In this document: one piece after another, positions 52,638-62,679 of the stretch
Position numbering within the stretch: the stretch's first letter is position 1
Layout of the letters: each line of letters starts with the position of its first letter
Source of the DNA: an uncultured Alphaproteobacteria bacterium
GTDB taxonomy: Bacteria > Pseudomonadota > Alphaproteobacteria > Acetobacterales > Acetobacteraceae
Length of the DNA stretch: 64,000 bases
Assembly (NCBI GenBank): GCA_963829365.1
Contig: CAWHIH010000009.1
Location: 127,178-191,177 of the forward strand
Direction: 5' to 3'
Notes under the pieces: model-generated
What the model was told of the DNA's origin: nothing
The model's input: the letters and a program-made list of their open reading frames with translations, nothing else
Database searches by the model: none
Made by a program: the position numbers and the translations under genes

Positions 52638-53719
52638 TGGCGATGATCGGACGCAGGGCGGCGCTGGCGCTGCCGGCATTGCTGCTCGCCCAGTCGGCGC
52701 GGGCGCAGGCTCCGGCCTTCCTGTCCGCCGCCGCCGATGCGGCAGGGGGGTGGCGGGCCGCCGCCTTCGGCCTGGACGGCACCGGCCGGTTCGAGCTGGC
52801 GCTGCCGGCACGGGGCCATGGCGCGGCGGTGGCACCCGGCGTGGCGGTGCTGTTCGCCCGCCGCCCGGGCCGGTTCGCGCTGGTGCTCGACCCGGCGAGC
52901 GGTGCGGTGCGGCAGCGGATCGAGCCCGCGACGGAACGCTGGTTCTGTGGCCATGGCGCCTTCTCGGCCGATGGCGCGCTGCTGCATGCCACCGAGATCG
53001 ACGGCGACGGCCAGGGCCTGGTGGGGGTGTACGCCGCCGGGCAGGGCTACCGGCGGATCGGGGAATTCCCCACCGGCGGCCTCGACCCGCATGACATCCG
53101 CCTGGCCCGGGACGGCACCACGCTGGTCGTGGCCAACGGCGGCATCCGCACCGATCCGCGGCTGCCCCGGGCGCGGTTCGAACTGGACGGGATGGACAGC
53201 AGCCTCGCCTGGATCGACGCCGCGAGCGGCCAGGTCCTGGCCAACCGGCGGCTGCCGGAGGCGCAGGCGCTGCTGTCGCTGCGCCATCTGGCGATCGGCG
53301 ACGGGGATGCGGTGTTCGTCGCAGCCCAGCATGAGGGGCCGCGCTTCGAGACCCTGCCGCTGGTCGCCGTTGCGCATGGCGAAGGGCTGGCGACCCTGGA
53401 CAACGCGTCCGCAGTCTGGCGCGGCATGGACCATTACGCGGGCAGCGCGGCGGCCAGCGCCGATGGCCGGCTGGTCGCGGTGACCAGCCCGCGCGGCGGC
53501 ATGGCCGCGGTGTTCGACACCGCCAGCGGCGCGATGCGGGCCAGGGTAGCGCTGCCCGATGGCTGCGGCGTCGCCGCCGCGCCTGGGGGCGGGTTCGTGA
53601 TGACCTCCGGGCTGGGCGAGGTTGCCGTCAGCGCCGGGGATGCGGCGCTGGCGCCCCTGCCCGGGGCGTGGCTGCGCCGGCTGCGGTGGGACAACCACCT
53701 GGTCGCGCTGGCCGGCTGA
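52637..53719 (+). CDS. DUF1513 beta-propeller protein
   Basis: LPARGHG, FARRPG, GHGAFSADG, ANGGIRT, SLRHL, WDNHL. Confidence 0.88.
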   Translation: MAMIGRRAALALPALLLAQSARAQAPAFLSAAADAAGGWRAAAFGLDGTGRFELALPARGHGAAVAPGVAVLFARRPGRFALVLDPASGAVRQRIEPATERWFCGHGAFSADGALLHATEIDGDGQGLVGVYAAGQGYRRIGEFPTGGLDPHDIRLARDGTTLVVANGGIRTDPRLPRARFELDGMDSSLAWIDAASGQVLANRRLPEAQALLSLRHLAIGDGDAVFVAAQHEGPRFETLPLVAVAHGEGLATLDNASAVWRGMDHYAGSAAASADGRLVAVTSPRGGMAAVFDTASGAMRARVALPDGCGVAAAPGGGFVMTSGLGEVAVSAGDAALAPLPGAWLRRLRWDNHLVALAG

Positions 53720-53807
53720 ACGGCCGGCCCTGAACCGGGCCCATGTCGCGGCGTTGGTCTGCCACGCCGGCCAGCCCGGCCAACCGCAACACGATGGCAG
53801 GGGCAGC

Positions 53808-54779
53808 ATGATCAAGCTGGGTTACAAGCTGATGTCCGAGGAGCACGGCCCACAGGCGCTGGTGCGCAACGTGGCGCTGGCCGAGCAGGCGGGCTTCGAC
53901 TTCGCGGCGATCTCCGATCATTTCTCGCCCTGGATCGAGGAACAGGGCCATGCGCCGCTGGCCTGGTCGGTGCTCGGCGCCCTGGCCAACGCCACCCGGC
54001 GTATCGGCCTGATGACGGCGGTCACCTGCCCGATCATGCGCTACCACCCGGCGATCATCGCCCAGGGCGCGGCGACGCTGGGCCTGCTCAGCGACGACCG
54101 CTTCACCCTCGGCCTCGGTGCCGGGGAGCGGCTGAACGAGCATGTCACCGGCAAAGGCTGGCCCGGCGTGGGGGAGCGGCACGAGCGGTTGTCGGAAGCA
54201 CTCGACATCATCCAGGGGCTGTTGTCCGGCGAGCTGAAGAACTATCGCGGCGAATACTTCCGGCTCGACCATGCCCGCCTGTTCGACCGGCCCGAGCGCA
54301 AGCCGCCGGTGATCCTGGCCGCCGGTGGCCCCGAGGCGGCCCGCCTCGCGGCCCGCAAGGGCGAGGGGATGATCGCCACAGAGCCGCGGTCCGACCTGGT
54401 GGAGGCATACCGCGAGGCCGGTGGGGAGGGGCCGTGCTACGCCGAGGTCGCCATGTGTCATGCCGCCAGCGAGGAGGAGGCGCGGAAGACGGCGCATCGA
54501 TTCTTCCGCTGGTCCGTCACCGGATGGCCGGTGATGGCGGAGCTGCCGAACATCGACAGCTTTGCCGCCGCGACCAGCCACGTCACGCCCGAGATGGTGG
54601 CGCAGATGGTGAGTTGCGGCCCGGACCCGGAGCGGCATCTCGCGGCGATCGACCGCTTCGTCCAGGCCGGCTTCGACCACCTCATCCTGACCCAGGTCGG
54701 GCCGGAACAGGCGGGCTTCATCGAGTTCTTCCAGGCGAAGCTGGCGCCCGCGCTGCGCAAGGGCCAACCGGCGGCCTGA
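53808..54779 (+). CDS. LLM-class oxidoreductase, F420-dependent G6PDH-like (TIGR03557) family
   Basis: GYKLMSEEHGP, ISDHFSPW, QGHAP, RYHPAIIAQ, LGAGERLNEH. Confidence 0.85.
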   Translation: MIKLGYKLMSEEHGPQALVRNVALAEQAGFDFAAISDHFSPWIEEQGHAPLAWSVLGALANATRRIGLMTAVTCPIMRYHPAIIAQGAATLGLLSDDRFTLGLGAGERLNEHVTGKGWPGVGERHERLSEALDIIQGLLSGELKNYRGEYFRLDHARLFDRPERKPPVILAAGGPEAARLAARKGEGMIATEPRSDLVEAYREAGGEGPCYAEVAMCHAASEEEARKTAHRFFRWSVTGWPVMAELPNIDSFAAATSHVTPEMVAQMVSCGPDPERHLAAIDRFVQAGFDHLILTQVGPEQAGFIEFFQAKLAPALRKGQPAA

Positions 54780-54794
54780 GCGGGGAGTGCCGCG

Positions 54795-55481
54795 TCAGAG
54801 TTCGGACCAGCGGCGCACCAGGTTGTGGTAGCCGCCGGTCAGCGACAGCACGCTCGGGTGGTCATCCGGCAGGGCTTGGCGCAGGCCGATGATGGCCATG
54901 TCCATCTCGTGGAGGAAGGCGCGCTGGCCGTCGTCCTTCACCATGGATTGCGACCAGAAGAAGCTGGACCACCGGCTGCCGCGGGTGATCTCCCGCACGT
55001 GGTGCAGGCTGGTGGCGGGATAGACGATGAGGTCGCCGGCCGGCAGCTTGACCGACTGGCTGCCGTAGGTGTCCTCCACCACCAGCTCGCCACCGTCGTA
55101 CTCTTCCGGGTCGGTCAGGAAGAGGGTGGAGGAGACATCCGCCCGCATGCGGAAGCCGCCCGTGCCCGGCACCGTGCGGATGGCGTTGTCCACATGGGCG
55201 TTGAACTTCATGCCGACGTCATATCGGTTGAACATCGGCGGATAGACCCGGTAGGGCAGCGCGGCCGAGGTGAACAGCGGCGTGCGGCCAAGGGCCCGCA
55301 GGACCAGCTCACCCAGCTCGCGGCTCGCCGTGCTGTTCTCGGGGATTTGCAGGTTGAACTTCGCCTTGGCGGATTGTTCGCCGGCGGTGGCCCGGCCATC
55401 GGCCCAGGCCGCCGCCTCCAGCACGCGCCGGCATTGCGCCACCTCGGCGTGCGTCAGGACATTGGGGATTCGAACGAGCAT
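54795..55481 (-). CDS. piuC: PKHD-type Fe(II)/2OG hydroxylase (PiuC/YbiX)
   Basis: DGRATAG, PPMFNRY, HVDNA, YDGGEL, YPATSLH, FFWSQS, YHNL. Confidence 0.92.
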   Translation of the reverse strand: MLVRIPNVLTHAEVAQCRRVLEAAAWADGRATAGEQSAKAKFNLQIPENSTASRELGELVLRALGRTPLFTSAALPYRVYPPMFNRYDVGMKFNAHVDNAIRTVPGTGGFRMRADVSSTLFLTDPEEYDGGELVVEDTYGSQSVKLPAGDLIVYPATSLHHVREITRGSRWSSFFWSQSMVKDDGQRAFLHEMDMAIIGLRQALPDDHPSVLSLTGGYHNLVRRWSEL

Positions 55482-55539
55482 CGGGGTTGCTCCTGAAGGC
55501 GGCGGGCCAGCATTCCGGCCCGCCGCCGGCGGTCACGCT

Positions 55540-55647
55540 CTAGAGCAAACCCCGAACGGGTGGAATCACCCGGCAGGGGTAATTTGCTCGCCTAAACAAC
55601 AGGCTAGAGCGCATTCCGTGAGCCATGTCGAACGGAATGCGCTCTAG
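55540..55647. repeat. 108-bp two-hairpin intergenic palindromic element, copy 2
   Basis: CTAGAGC...GCTCTAG terminal inverted repeat; homologous to 25397-25504; supplies the TAG stop of the TonB receptor. Confidence 0.9.
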
Positions 55648-57930
55648 TAGGTGGCCGCGAGGGTGAACAGCACGGTCCGCCCGGCCGATGGGTTGACCCG
55701 GTTGGCCCACAGGTTGTCGTAGTTGAGCTCATTGGTCAGGTTGTAGCCATTGACCGCGAAGCGCCACTGCTTGCGCTCGCCGAAGCTGTGGGACACCAGC
55801 GCATCCAGGTTGAAGTTCGAGGGCACCTCGGCCGTGTTGCTGGCGTTGAGGAACGCCTGGCTACGCCAGGTGATGCCGCCGCCGAGGGTGAACTGGTAGG
55901 GCGTCTCGCGGAACACCTCATGGGTCGACCAGACCGAGGCGGCATGCCGCGGCACGAACTGGACACGCTGGCCGCGATTGGCCGCGTTGGTGGACTCCGT
56001 CGTCTCGCTGTCCATGTAGGTATAGTTGGCGATAACGGTCCAGTCGCGGGTGATCGCGCCGGTCAACCCGACTTCGACGCCCTGGTTGCGTTGTTCATCG
56101 CCGGACTGGGTGCTCAGACCGGTGAGCGGATCGGTTTCGACGGCGTTGCCCTTCTCGACCCGGAACAGCGCGCCGTAGACGCCCAGCCGGTTGTCGAATA
56201 GGCCGAACTTCGCGCCAAGCTCGTAGCTGGTGTTCCGCTCCGGATCGAGGCTCTGGTTGCTCACGTTGAAGGTGCCGGGCTGCGTGGTGATGAAGGAGCC
56301 CGGCGGGCTGGTCGAGGTGGCATAGGAGAAGTAGTAGGTCTGCGACGGCGTCGGCTCGAACACCAGGCTGGCACGCGGGTCGACGAAGGTTTCGTTGGAG
56401 GCCAGCGACGTCGTCGCCGCCCCGGTGCCATAGGTCTTGTAGTCTACGTCGTAGTTGCTGACGCGCAGGCCGCCGATGACCGAAACCTGTGGCGTGAGCC
56501 AGAGCCGCTCGGTCAGGAAGGCGCCGAGGTGCCGCTGGTCGGTCTCCCGCACATTGGCGCCGGAGCCGGGAACGACGCTGTAGCCCGCCGCCGAATGGCT
56601 GGGGTCGAGCAGGCTGACGACGGGTCGCAGGCTTGGGCTATAGGCCGAGCCGGTGCGCTTGTCGCTCTGCAACCATGCATCCACGCCGAAGGTCGTCTCA
56701 TGCCGGAACGGGCCGGTCGTGAAGCGGGCCACCGCCGTGGTCACGTTCTGCACCCCCCAGGTTTCCTGGTGGAAGGGGTTGCCGGCGCCGCTGGCCCGCA
56801 CCGTCGGGACCGTCGCGGGGTTGTTGTCGAAGAAGTCGCCAAGGCAGTTCAGCGGCGTTGCGCCGCAGCCGACAGGCGAGGATGCGAAGTCCCGCGTGAC
56901 GTAGCTGAACCGGGTGTCGTTATAAAGCGTCAGCCAATCCGTCGCCTTGTGCTGCAGCCGGGCGGTCACCCGATCCACCGTGACATCGTCCCGGTCGAGG
57001 TCGAAGCCATACCAGTTCCGGCGCCGGACGCCGAACTCCGTCACCGGCCGACCGACGGTCTCGCCCGGCGCGGTCACCACCGGCACGCCGTAGTCGGGCG
57101 TGCGGTTGTCCTCGAAGTGCATGTAGTCGACCGTCAGCGTCGTGTCGGTGCCCAGGCCGAAGGCGATGGAGGGCGCGATGCCGAAGCGGCCGGAATCGAC
57201 CTCGTCGCGGCCGACCACCCGGTTGTAGTGGCCCATCAGGTTCAGCCGCACCGCCGTGGTGCTGTCGATCTGCTGGTTGATGTCGATGGTGCCGCGGAAC
57301 AGCGGACCGAGGCCGCCGGTGATGCTGCCGCCGTAGGAATTGCCCAGGTGCGGCGTCCGCGTGTTGACGTTGACGGCAGCCGCCGACCGTGTTCTGGCCG
57401 AAGGTCGTCGCCGAGGGGCCCTTCAGGACCGAGACGCTTTCATAGTTGAAGGCATCCCGCGAGTAGGAGCCGAAATCACGCAGCCCATCCAGGTAGACGT
57501 CGTTCTGCGAGGTGAAGCCACGGATGCGGAACTGGTCGCCGTTGACGCCGCCATTGCCCTCGCCGATCGAGGCCGTGATGCCGGGCACGTTGCGCAGCGC
57601 CTGGTCGAGGGTGGTGACGTTCTGCTGTTCCAGCACCTCCCGCGGGACCACGTTGATGGTCTGCGGCGTCTCCTGGACGGTGCCGGGCAGCCGGGACACG
57701 CCGGTGCCGCGCCGCAGGGTATTGGCCGGCTCCGCGCCGGTGACATCCACCACCGGAAGCTCCAGCGCCGGAGCCTGGGCCGAGGAACCTTGGGCCGAGG
57801 AACCTTGGGCCGGGGAGCCTTGGGCCGTGGTTGCCGGCTGGGCCTGGGCCACCGCCGAGAGCGCGACCGCCAGGCCTGCCGTGATGGCCAACTGGGATAC
57901 GGTGCAATGAAGCAGGGATCTCTTGGTCAT
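55644..57930 (-). CDS. TonB-dependent siderophore receptor (Fiu/PiuA-like; frameshift near 57380)
   Basis: Signal peptide; ETPQTINVV, LDQALRNVPGIT, GEGNG, IRGF, DGLRD, KGPS plug motifs; C-terminal aromatic residue (AATY). Confidence 0.9.
57776..57827 (-). repeat. 15-bp in-frame tandem repeat (about 3.5 copies) encoding AQGSP/AQGSS
   Basis: TGGGCCGAGGAACCT x2, TGGGCCGGGGAGCCT, then TGGGCCG. Confidence 0.85.
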
Positions 57931-57948
57931 CTCAACGCTCCGGCCAGA

Positions 57949-57967
57949 ATTGAGAGTGATTCTTAGT
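57949..57967. promoter_or_regulatory. Putative Fur-type iron box between divergent TBDR and oxidase genes
   Basis: ATTGAGAGTGATTCTTAGT, AT-rich and alignable with the boxes at 48602 and 63965. Confidence 0.6.
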
Positions 57968-58162
57968 TGCAATTCGTCACGGCGGCAATGGCCCGGGACC
58001 GGGAAATTGCACGGCTGTCATGGGCCGGAGACCCTGTGCCGCGAATGCCACGGCGGCTGGGCGCTGCCGGCTTGCGGGATGCGCCGCCCGGCCGCTATTG
58101 CTCCGCGTCGCGGCCGGCTCGCTCCGCCGTGCCCATGGCCCAAGGCAGGAAGGTGCAACCCG

Positions 58163-59257
58163 ATGTTCGCGGCCCCTCCGATCCCGCCGGGCATCGTCGC
58201 GCTCGCCGACTACGAGCCGTTGGCGCGGGAACGCATGGGCGATAATGCCTGGTCCTACATCGCCGGTGGCAGCGCCGATGAACTCACCCTGCGCGCCAAC
58301 CGCGACGCCTTCGGGCGGCTGCGGCTGCAAGGGCGGGTGCTGGCCGACATGCAGGGCGCCAATACCCGGCTGACCCTGTTCGGCCAGGCGTTCGACTACC
58401 CGATGCTGCTGGCGCCCGTGGCCTTCCATCAGCTCGTGCACCCGGATGGCGAGCTGGCCACCGCCTTCGGCGCCGCGGCCATCCGCGCCGGCATGGTCGT
58501 CAGCACCCAGGCCAGCGTGACACTGGAACGCATTGCGCAGCAGGCGAAGACGCCACTCTGGTTCCAGCTCTATCTGCAGCACGACCGCAACTTCACCGAG
58601 GCGCTGGTGCGCCGGGCCGAGGCCGCCGGCTACCGCGCCCTGGTCGTCACCGTCGATGCGCCGGTCAGCCTGCGCAACCGCGAGCAGCGCGCCGGCTTCC
58701 GGCTGCCGGCGGGGATCGAGGCGGTGAACCTGCGCGGCATGGCGCCGGCCCCGGCACCCCGCCCCGCGCTGCACGAGAGCGAGGTGTTCCGCGGCCTGCT
58801 CGATGCCGCGCCGACTTGGCGGGACATCGCCTGGCTGCGTGGGATCACCCGGCTGCCGGTGCTGCTGAAGGGCATCATGGCGCCGACGGATGCGTTGCGG
58901 GCCATGGACGAGGGCATCGATGGCCTCATCGTCTCGAACCATGGCGGCCGGGCGCTCGATACCGCGCCCGCCACCATCGAGGCGCTGCCACGGATTGCCG
59001 AGGCGGTCGCGGGCCGGATGCCGTTGCTGGCCGATGGCGGCATCCGGCGCGGCAGCGATGTGCTGAAGGCCCTGGCGCTGGGGGCCAGAGCGGTGCTCAT
59101 CGGCCGCCCCTACATCCATGGGCTGGCGGTGGGCGGGCCGGTCGGCGTCGCCCATGTCATGAAGATCCTGCGCACCGAGCTTGAGATCACCATGGCGCTG
59201 ACCGGCTGCGCGAGCCTCGACGCCATCGACCGCTCGGTGCTGTGGGACGCGGGCTGA
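58163..59257 (+). CDS. FMN-dependent alpha-hydroxy acid oxidase/dehydrogenase
   Basis: LAPVA, WFQLY, TVDAP, LLKGI, SNHGGR, DGGIRRGSD. Confidence 0.92.
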   Translation: MFAAPPIPPGIVALADYEPLARERMGDNAWSYIAGGSADELTLRANRDAFGRLRLQGRVLADMQGANTRLTLFGQAFDYPMLLAPVAFHQLVHPDGELATAFGAAAIRAGMVVSTQASVTLERIAQQAKTPLWFQLYLQHDRNFTEALVRRAEAAGYRALVVTVDAPVSLRNREQRAGFRLPAGIEAVNLRGMAPAPAPRPALHESEVFRGLLDAAPTWRDIAWLRGITRLPVLLKGIMAPTDALRAMDEGIDGLIVSNHGGRALDTAPATIEALPRIAEAVAGRMPLLADGGIRRGSDVLKALALGARAVLIGRPYIHGLAVGGPVGVAHVMKILRTELEITMALTGCASLDAIDRSVLWDAG

Positions 59258-59276
59258 CCTCACCCACGGCCGTGCC

Positions 59277-60815
59277 TCAATAGACGTCGCGCCGGTAGCG
59301 CCCTTCTTCCGTGAGGCGCTCCAGCGACGCGGCGCCCAGCGCCTCGCCCAGCGCTGCATGCACGCCGGCGGACATGCCTTCAAGGCTGCCGCAGACATAG
59401 ATCGCGGCCCCCGCCCCGACCCAGGACCGCAACTCGGCGGCCGCCTCGCGCAGCCGGTGCTGCACATGGACCCGCGCCGCCTGGTCACGGGAAAAGGCAA
59501 GGTCGAGGCGCTGCAACAGGCCCTCCGCGACCCAGCCGTCGATCTCAGCCTGGCAGAGGAAGTCGTGCGCGCGGGTGCGTTCGCCATAGACCAGCCAGTT
59601 GCGCCGGCGGCCGGCGGCCTGCCTCGCCTTGAGATGCGCCCGCAGCCCGGCCAGCCCGGTTCCGTTGCCGATGAGGATCAGCGGCCGGTCCGCTTCCGGC
59701 GCATGGAAGCCCGTGTTGCTGCGGATCCGCAGCGCGATCCGGGCGCCGAGCGGCGCGTGTCCGGTCAGCCAGCCGGAGCCGAGGCCGAGCCGGCCATCCG
59801 GGTGCCGCATCTGCCGCACCAGCAGCTCCAGCCTGCCGTCCTGCGGCAGGGAGGCGATGGAGTATTCGCGGTGCGGCACCGGCTTCATCCGCTCGACCAG
59901 CGCCTGCGGCGGCAGGCCGCGCAGCGGCTCCAGTCTGTCCGGCAGGATGCGCGCGGCCAGCGCCTCGCCCAAGGTTGCCGCGTCCTCGGCCGCCACCGCC
60001 GCGGCGGCGTCCAGGCCGAGCCCGCGCAGCACCTGCTCCACCGCCTCGGCGCCGTTGCGCGGCCCGATCTCCGCGATGTCCCCGGCGGACCAGCCGGCCC
60101 GTTCGTCGGCCGCGACCAGGGCCAGCAGGAAGACCGGGCCGCCGGGGCTGCCGGGGTTGAGCAGGCGCCGCTCCGCCAGCCGCCAGGCCTGGAAGCGGGC
60201 CGGTGCCCAGTCCGCCGCTTCGCCGGGCTGGCCTGCCGTGCCGGCCAAGTGGCCGAGGTGGTACTGCCAGTGGCGCAGCGCGCCCGCCTCGCCGTCATCC
60301 ACCTCCACCCGGTCGAACAGCGGGCGGGCGCCCTGGGCCTGCAGCCAGGCATCCAGCCGGCGGCCGAAGCTGCAATACTGCTCGTAGCCGCTGTCGCCGA
60401 GCGCGAGCAGCCCGTAGCCGAGGCCGGACAGGTCGGCCTGGGCGCCCATGACCTTGCCGACGAAGCGGGCGGCGCTGTCCGGTGCATCGCCTTCGCCGGT
60501 GGTGCTCACCACGAAGACGGCGCGGCGCGTGGCCGCCAGCGCCGCCGCATCCAGCGCATCCAGCCCGGCGATGCGGACCGGCAGCTGCCCGGCCCGCAGC
60601 GCCTGCGCGGTCCGCCGGGCGAGGTCCTCGGCGGTGCCGGTCTGGCTGGCATAGGCGACCAGCAGAGGCGGCCCATCCGGGCTGTCCGGCGCGGCCGCCA
60701 GCGCGGCATCGGCCGACCGGCGGCGCCGCACCCGCCAGGCGACCAGGGCGCAGAAGGCCAGGTACAGCAGCAGCACCGCCAGCGCGGCCAGCAGGCGACG
60801 GGTTTCGGGCATCAT
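59277..60815 (-). CDS. Membrane-anchored CysJ-like diflavin reductase (flavodoxin + FAD/NADPH domains)
   Basis: N-terminal TM; YASQTGTAE, STTGEGD, REYSIAS, GNGTG, AFSRDQ, YVCGS, RYRRDVY. Confidence 0.88.
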   Translation of the reverse strand: MMPETRRLLAALAVLLLYLAFCALVAWRVRRRRSADAALAAAPDSPDGPPLLVAYASQTGTAEDLARRTAQALRAGQLPVRIAGLDALDAAALAATRRAVFVVSTTGEGDAPDSAARFVGKVMGAQADLSGLGYGLLALGDSGYEQYCSFGRRLDAWLQAQGARPLFDRVEVDDGEAGALRHWQYHLGHLAGTAGQPGEAADWAPARFQAWRLAERRLLNPGSPGGPVFLLALVAADERAGWSAGDIAEIGPRNGAEAVEQVLRGLGLDAAAAVAAEDAATLGEALAARILPDRLEPLRGLPPQALVERMKPVPHREYSIASLPQDGRLELLVRQMRHPDGRLGLGSGWLTGHAPLGARIALRIRSNTGFHAPEADRPLILIGNGTGLAGLRAHLKARQAAGRRRNWLVYGERTRAHDFLCQAEIDGWVAEGLLQRLDLAFSRDQAARVHVQHRLREAAAELRSWVGAGAAIYVCGSLEGMSAGVHAALGEALGAASLERLTEEGRYRRDVY

Positions 60816-60831
60816 GGCCAGATGCCCCGTG

Positions 60832-61824
60832 TCAGTGGAGCATGGCGGCGAGGCTCGGGGACATGTGCTCCCGCAGCCCGCCCGCCGGGCAGCGCTCGAC
60901 CAGCAGTGCCGCGATCCCGTGCGTCGCGGCGTATTCCAGCCCCGCCGGCAGCCCCAGCACCGCCAGCGCCGTCGCCAGCGCATCGGCCCGCATGCAGCTC
61001 CGGTGCAGCACGGTGACGGAAGCGACGGCCGCGCCGGCCGGCCAGCCGGTGCGTGGGTCGAGCGTATGGCCATAGCGCCGGCCGGCATGCCGGAAGCAGC
61101 GCCGGTAGTCGCCCGAGGTGGCGATGGCGAGGCCGTGCAGCGCGACCAGCAGGTCCGCCGGACCGGCGCCTTCGCCGGGCGGCGGTTCGAGTGCCACCCA
61201 CCAGGGGGAGCCATCCGGCTTCACGCCATGGCCGCGCAACTCGCCGCCGATCTCGACCAGGAAGGAGCCGACGCCCGCGGCTTCGAGATACTCCGCCACC
61301 AGATCGACGGCATAGCCCTTGGCGATGCCGGACAGGTCGAGCCCGAGCCCGCCCGGCTGCAGCGCATTGCCGCCGTCGAACCGCAGCCGCTGCCAGCCGA
61401 CCCGGGCACGGGCCAGGGCGATGCGGTCCGCCGGGGGCGGGCCCTCGCCGGCCGCCGGCTCCGGCCCGAAGCCCCACAGGTCCACCAGCGGGCCGACGGT
61501 CGGGTCATAGGCGCCGCCGCTCGCCTCGGCGGTCGCCAGGGCGCAGCGGAGAACCGCACGGAAATCCCCGGGCAATGCCTGCCAGGACCCCGCGGGGGCA
61601 CGGTTGAAGCGGCCGAGGTCGGAGTCCGCCCGCCAGCCGCTCATCTGCGCCACCACCCGCTCCAGCCGCGCCTCGATCCCGGCACGGAGCGGCCCCGGGT
61701 CGGCGGAGGCCGCGTAGCGCACCGACCAGGTGGTGCCCATGGTTGCCCCGCCGAGGCGCCCGACCGCGGCGCCCCGTGGCGGGGCGGGCGGCGCCAGCAG
61801 CGCCGGGACCAGCACCCGGTTCAT
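60832..61824 (-). CDS. apbE: FAD:protein FMN transferase
   Basis: TMGT, YDPTVGPLVDLWGFG, DLSGIAKGYAVD, EIGGE, ATSGDY, HTLDPRTG, ADALATAL. Confidence 0.93.
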   Translation of the reverse strand: MNRVLVPALLAPPAPPRGAAVGRLGGATMGTTWSVRYAASADPGPLRAGIEARLERVVAQMSGWRADSDLGRFNRAPAGSWQALPGDFRAVLRCALATAEASGGAYDPTVGPLVDLWGFGPEPAAGEGPPPADRIALARARVGWQRLRFDGGNALQPGGLGLDLSGIAKGYAVDLVAEYLEAAGVGSFLVEIGGELRGHGVKPDGSPWWVALEPPPGEGAGPADLLVALHGLAIATSGDYRRCFRHAGRRYGHTLDPRTGWPAGAAVASVTVLHRSCMRADALATALAVLGLPAGLEYAATHGIAALLVERCPAGGLREHMSPSLAAMLH

Positions 61825-61837
61825 CGGTGGGCGTGGC

Positions 61838-62659
61838 TCAAGGCAGGACCTCGAGCGTCGCCACGTAGCTGGCGTTGCGCTGGACGTTCGGCATGCCGGA
61901 ATTGGCATCCCGCACCGAGGCGTTCAGCCAGTACATGCCGGGGCCGGTCCAGGTGACGGCGAAGCTGCCATCATCGGCGGTCTCGACCTTGCTGTCGTTC
62001 AATTGGTCGCGGTAGCGGTTGCCGCCGGGCACCACCGAGACCTCGACGCCACCGGCCGGCTTGCCGTCGAGCAGCAGCCGGAACTGCGCCGCCTCGCCTG
62101 CGACCAGGTCGTTCGGATGGCTGACCGGCACCATCTCCAGCCCCTCGTTCACCGGCTGCAGCACGCCATCGGATGGCGCGCCGCGGGTGACGAAGGTCTC
62201 GATCCGGCGCTGGCCGAGGCTGACGCGCAGCCCCTCGGCATTGGCCGGCACTTCCCGCGCGAAGGCCTCGCGGGTGCCGCGCCAGCGCCGCTGCTGGCCG
62301 TCCTGGCGGTAGCTGGCCACCAGCAGGTCGCCGGTGACCGCGACCCGATAGGTGCCGGGCTCCTTGAGCTGGAAATCGAAGGTGCTGCGGTAGCGGCCGC
62401 GGGCCTGGTTCTCGGCCGGCGCCGCCGAGCCGTCCGGCGCGGTGATCGCCAGCCCGTCGAGCGGCATCGGGAAATGCTCGAAATAGAACAGGTCGTTGGA
62501 GATGGCGGCATCGACCGTCACCCAGGGGTCGTCGCCGGATAGCACGGTGGCCGAGGGCAGCATCCAGGCCCGGTGCGCCTCCGCGATGGCCGGCAGGACG
62601 GTGATGGGAAGGGCGACGAGAGCGGCGAGCATCAGCCGCCGCATGGCAGGGTAGGTCAT
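61838..62659 (-). CDS. DUF4198 periplasmic protein
   Basis: Signal peptide ending AEA-HRAWMLPS; HPNDL, YWLNA, TLEV. Confidence 0.82.
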   Translation of the reverse strand: MTYPAMRRLMLAALVALPITVLPAIAEAHRAWMLPSATVLSGDDPWVTVDAAISNDLFYFEHFPMPLDGLAITAPDGSAAPAENQARGRYRSTFDFQLKEPGTYRVAVTGDLLVASYRQDGQQRRWRGTREAFAREVPANAEGLRVSLGQRRIETFVTRGAPSDGVLQPVNEGLEMVPVSHPNDLVAGEAAQFRLLLDGKPAGGVEVSVVPGGNRYRDQLNDSKVETADDGSFAVTWTGPGMYWLNASVRDANSGMPNVQRNASYVATLEVLP

Positions 62660-62679
62660 GCGCAACTCCTTCATCTGCA

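Noticed and set aside
59277-60815. Sulfate-assimilation sulfite reductase cysJ
   Set aside because: No cysI/cysH; TM anchor and ApbE/PepSY context point to a different role
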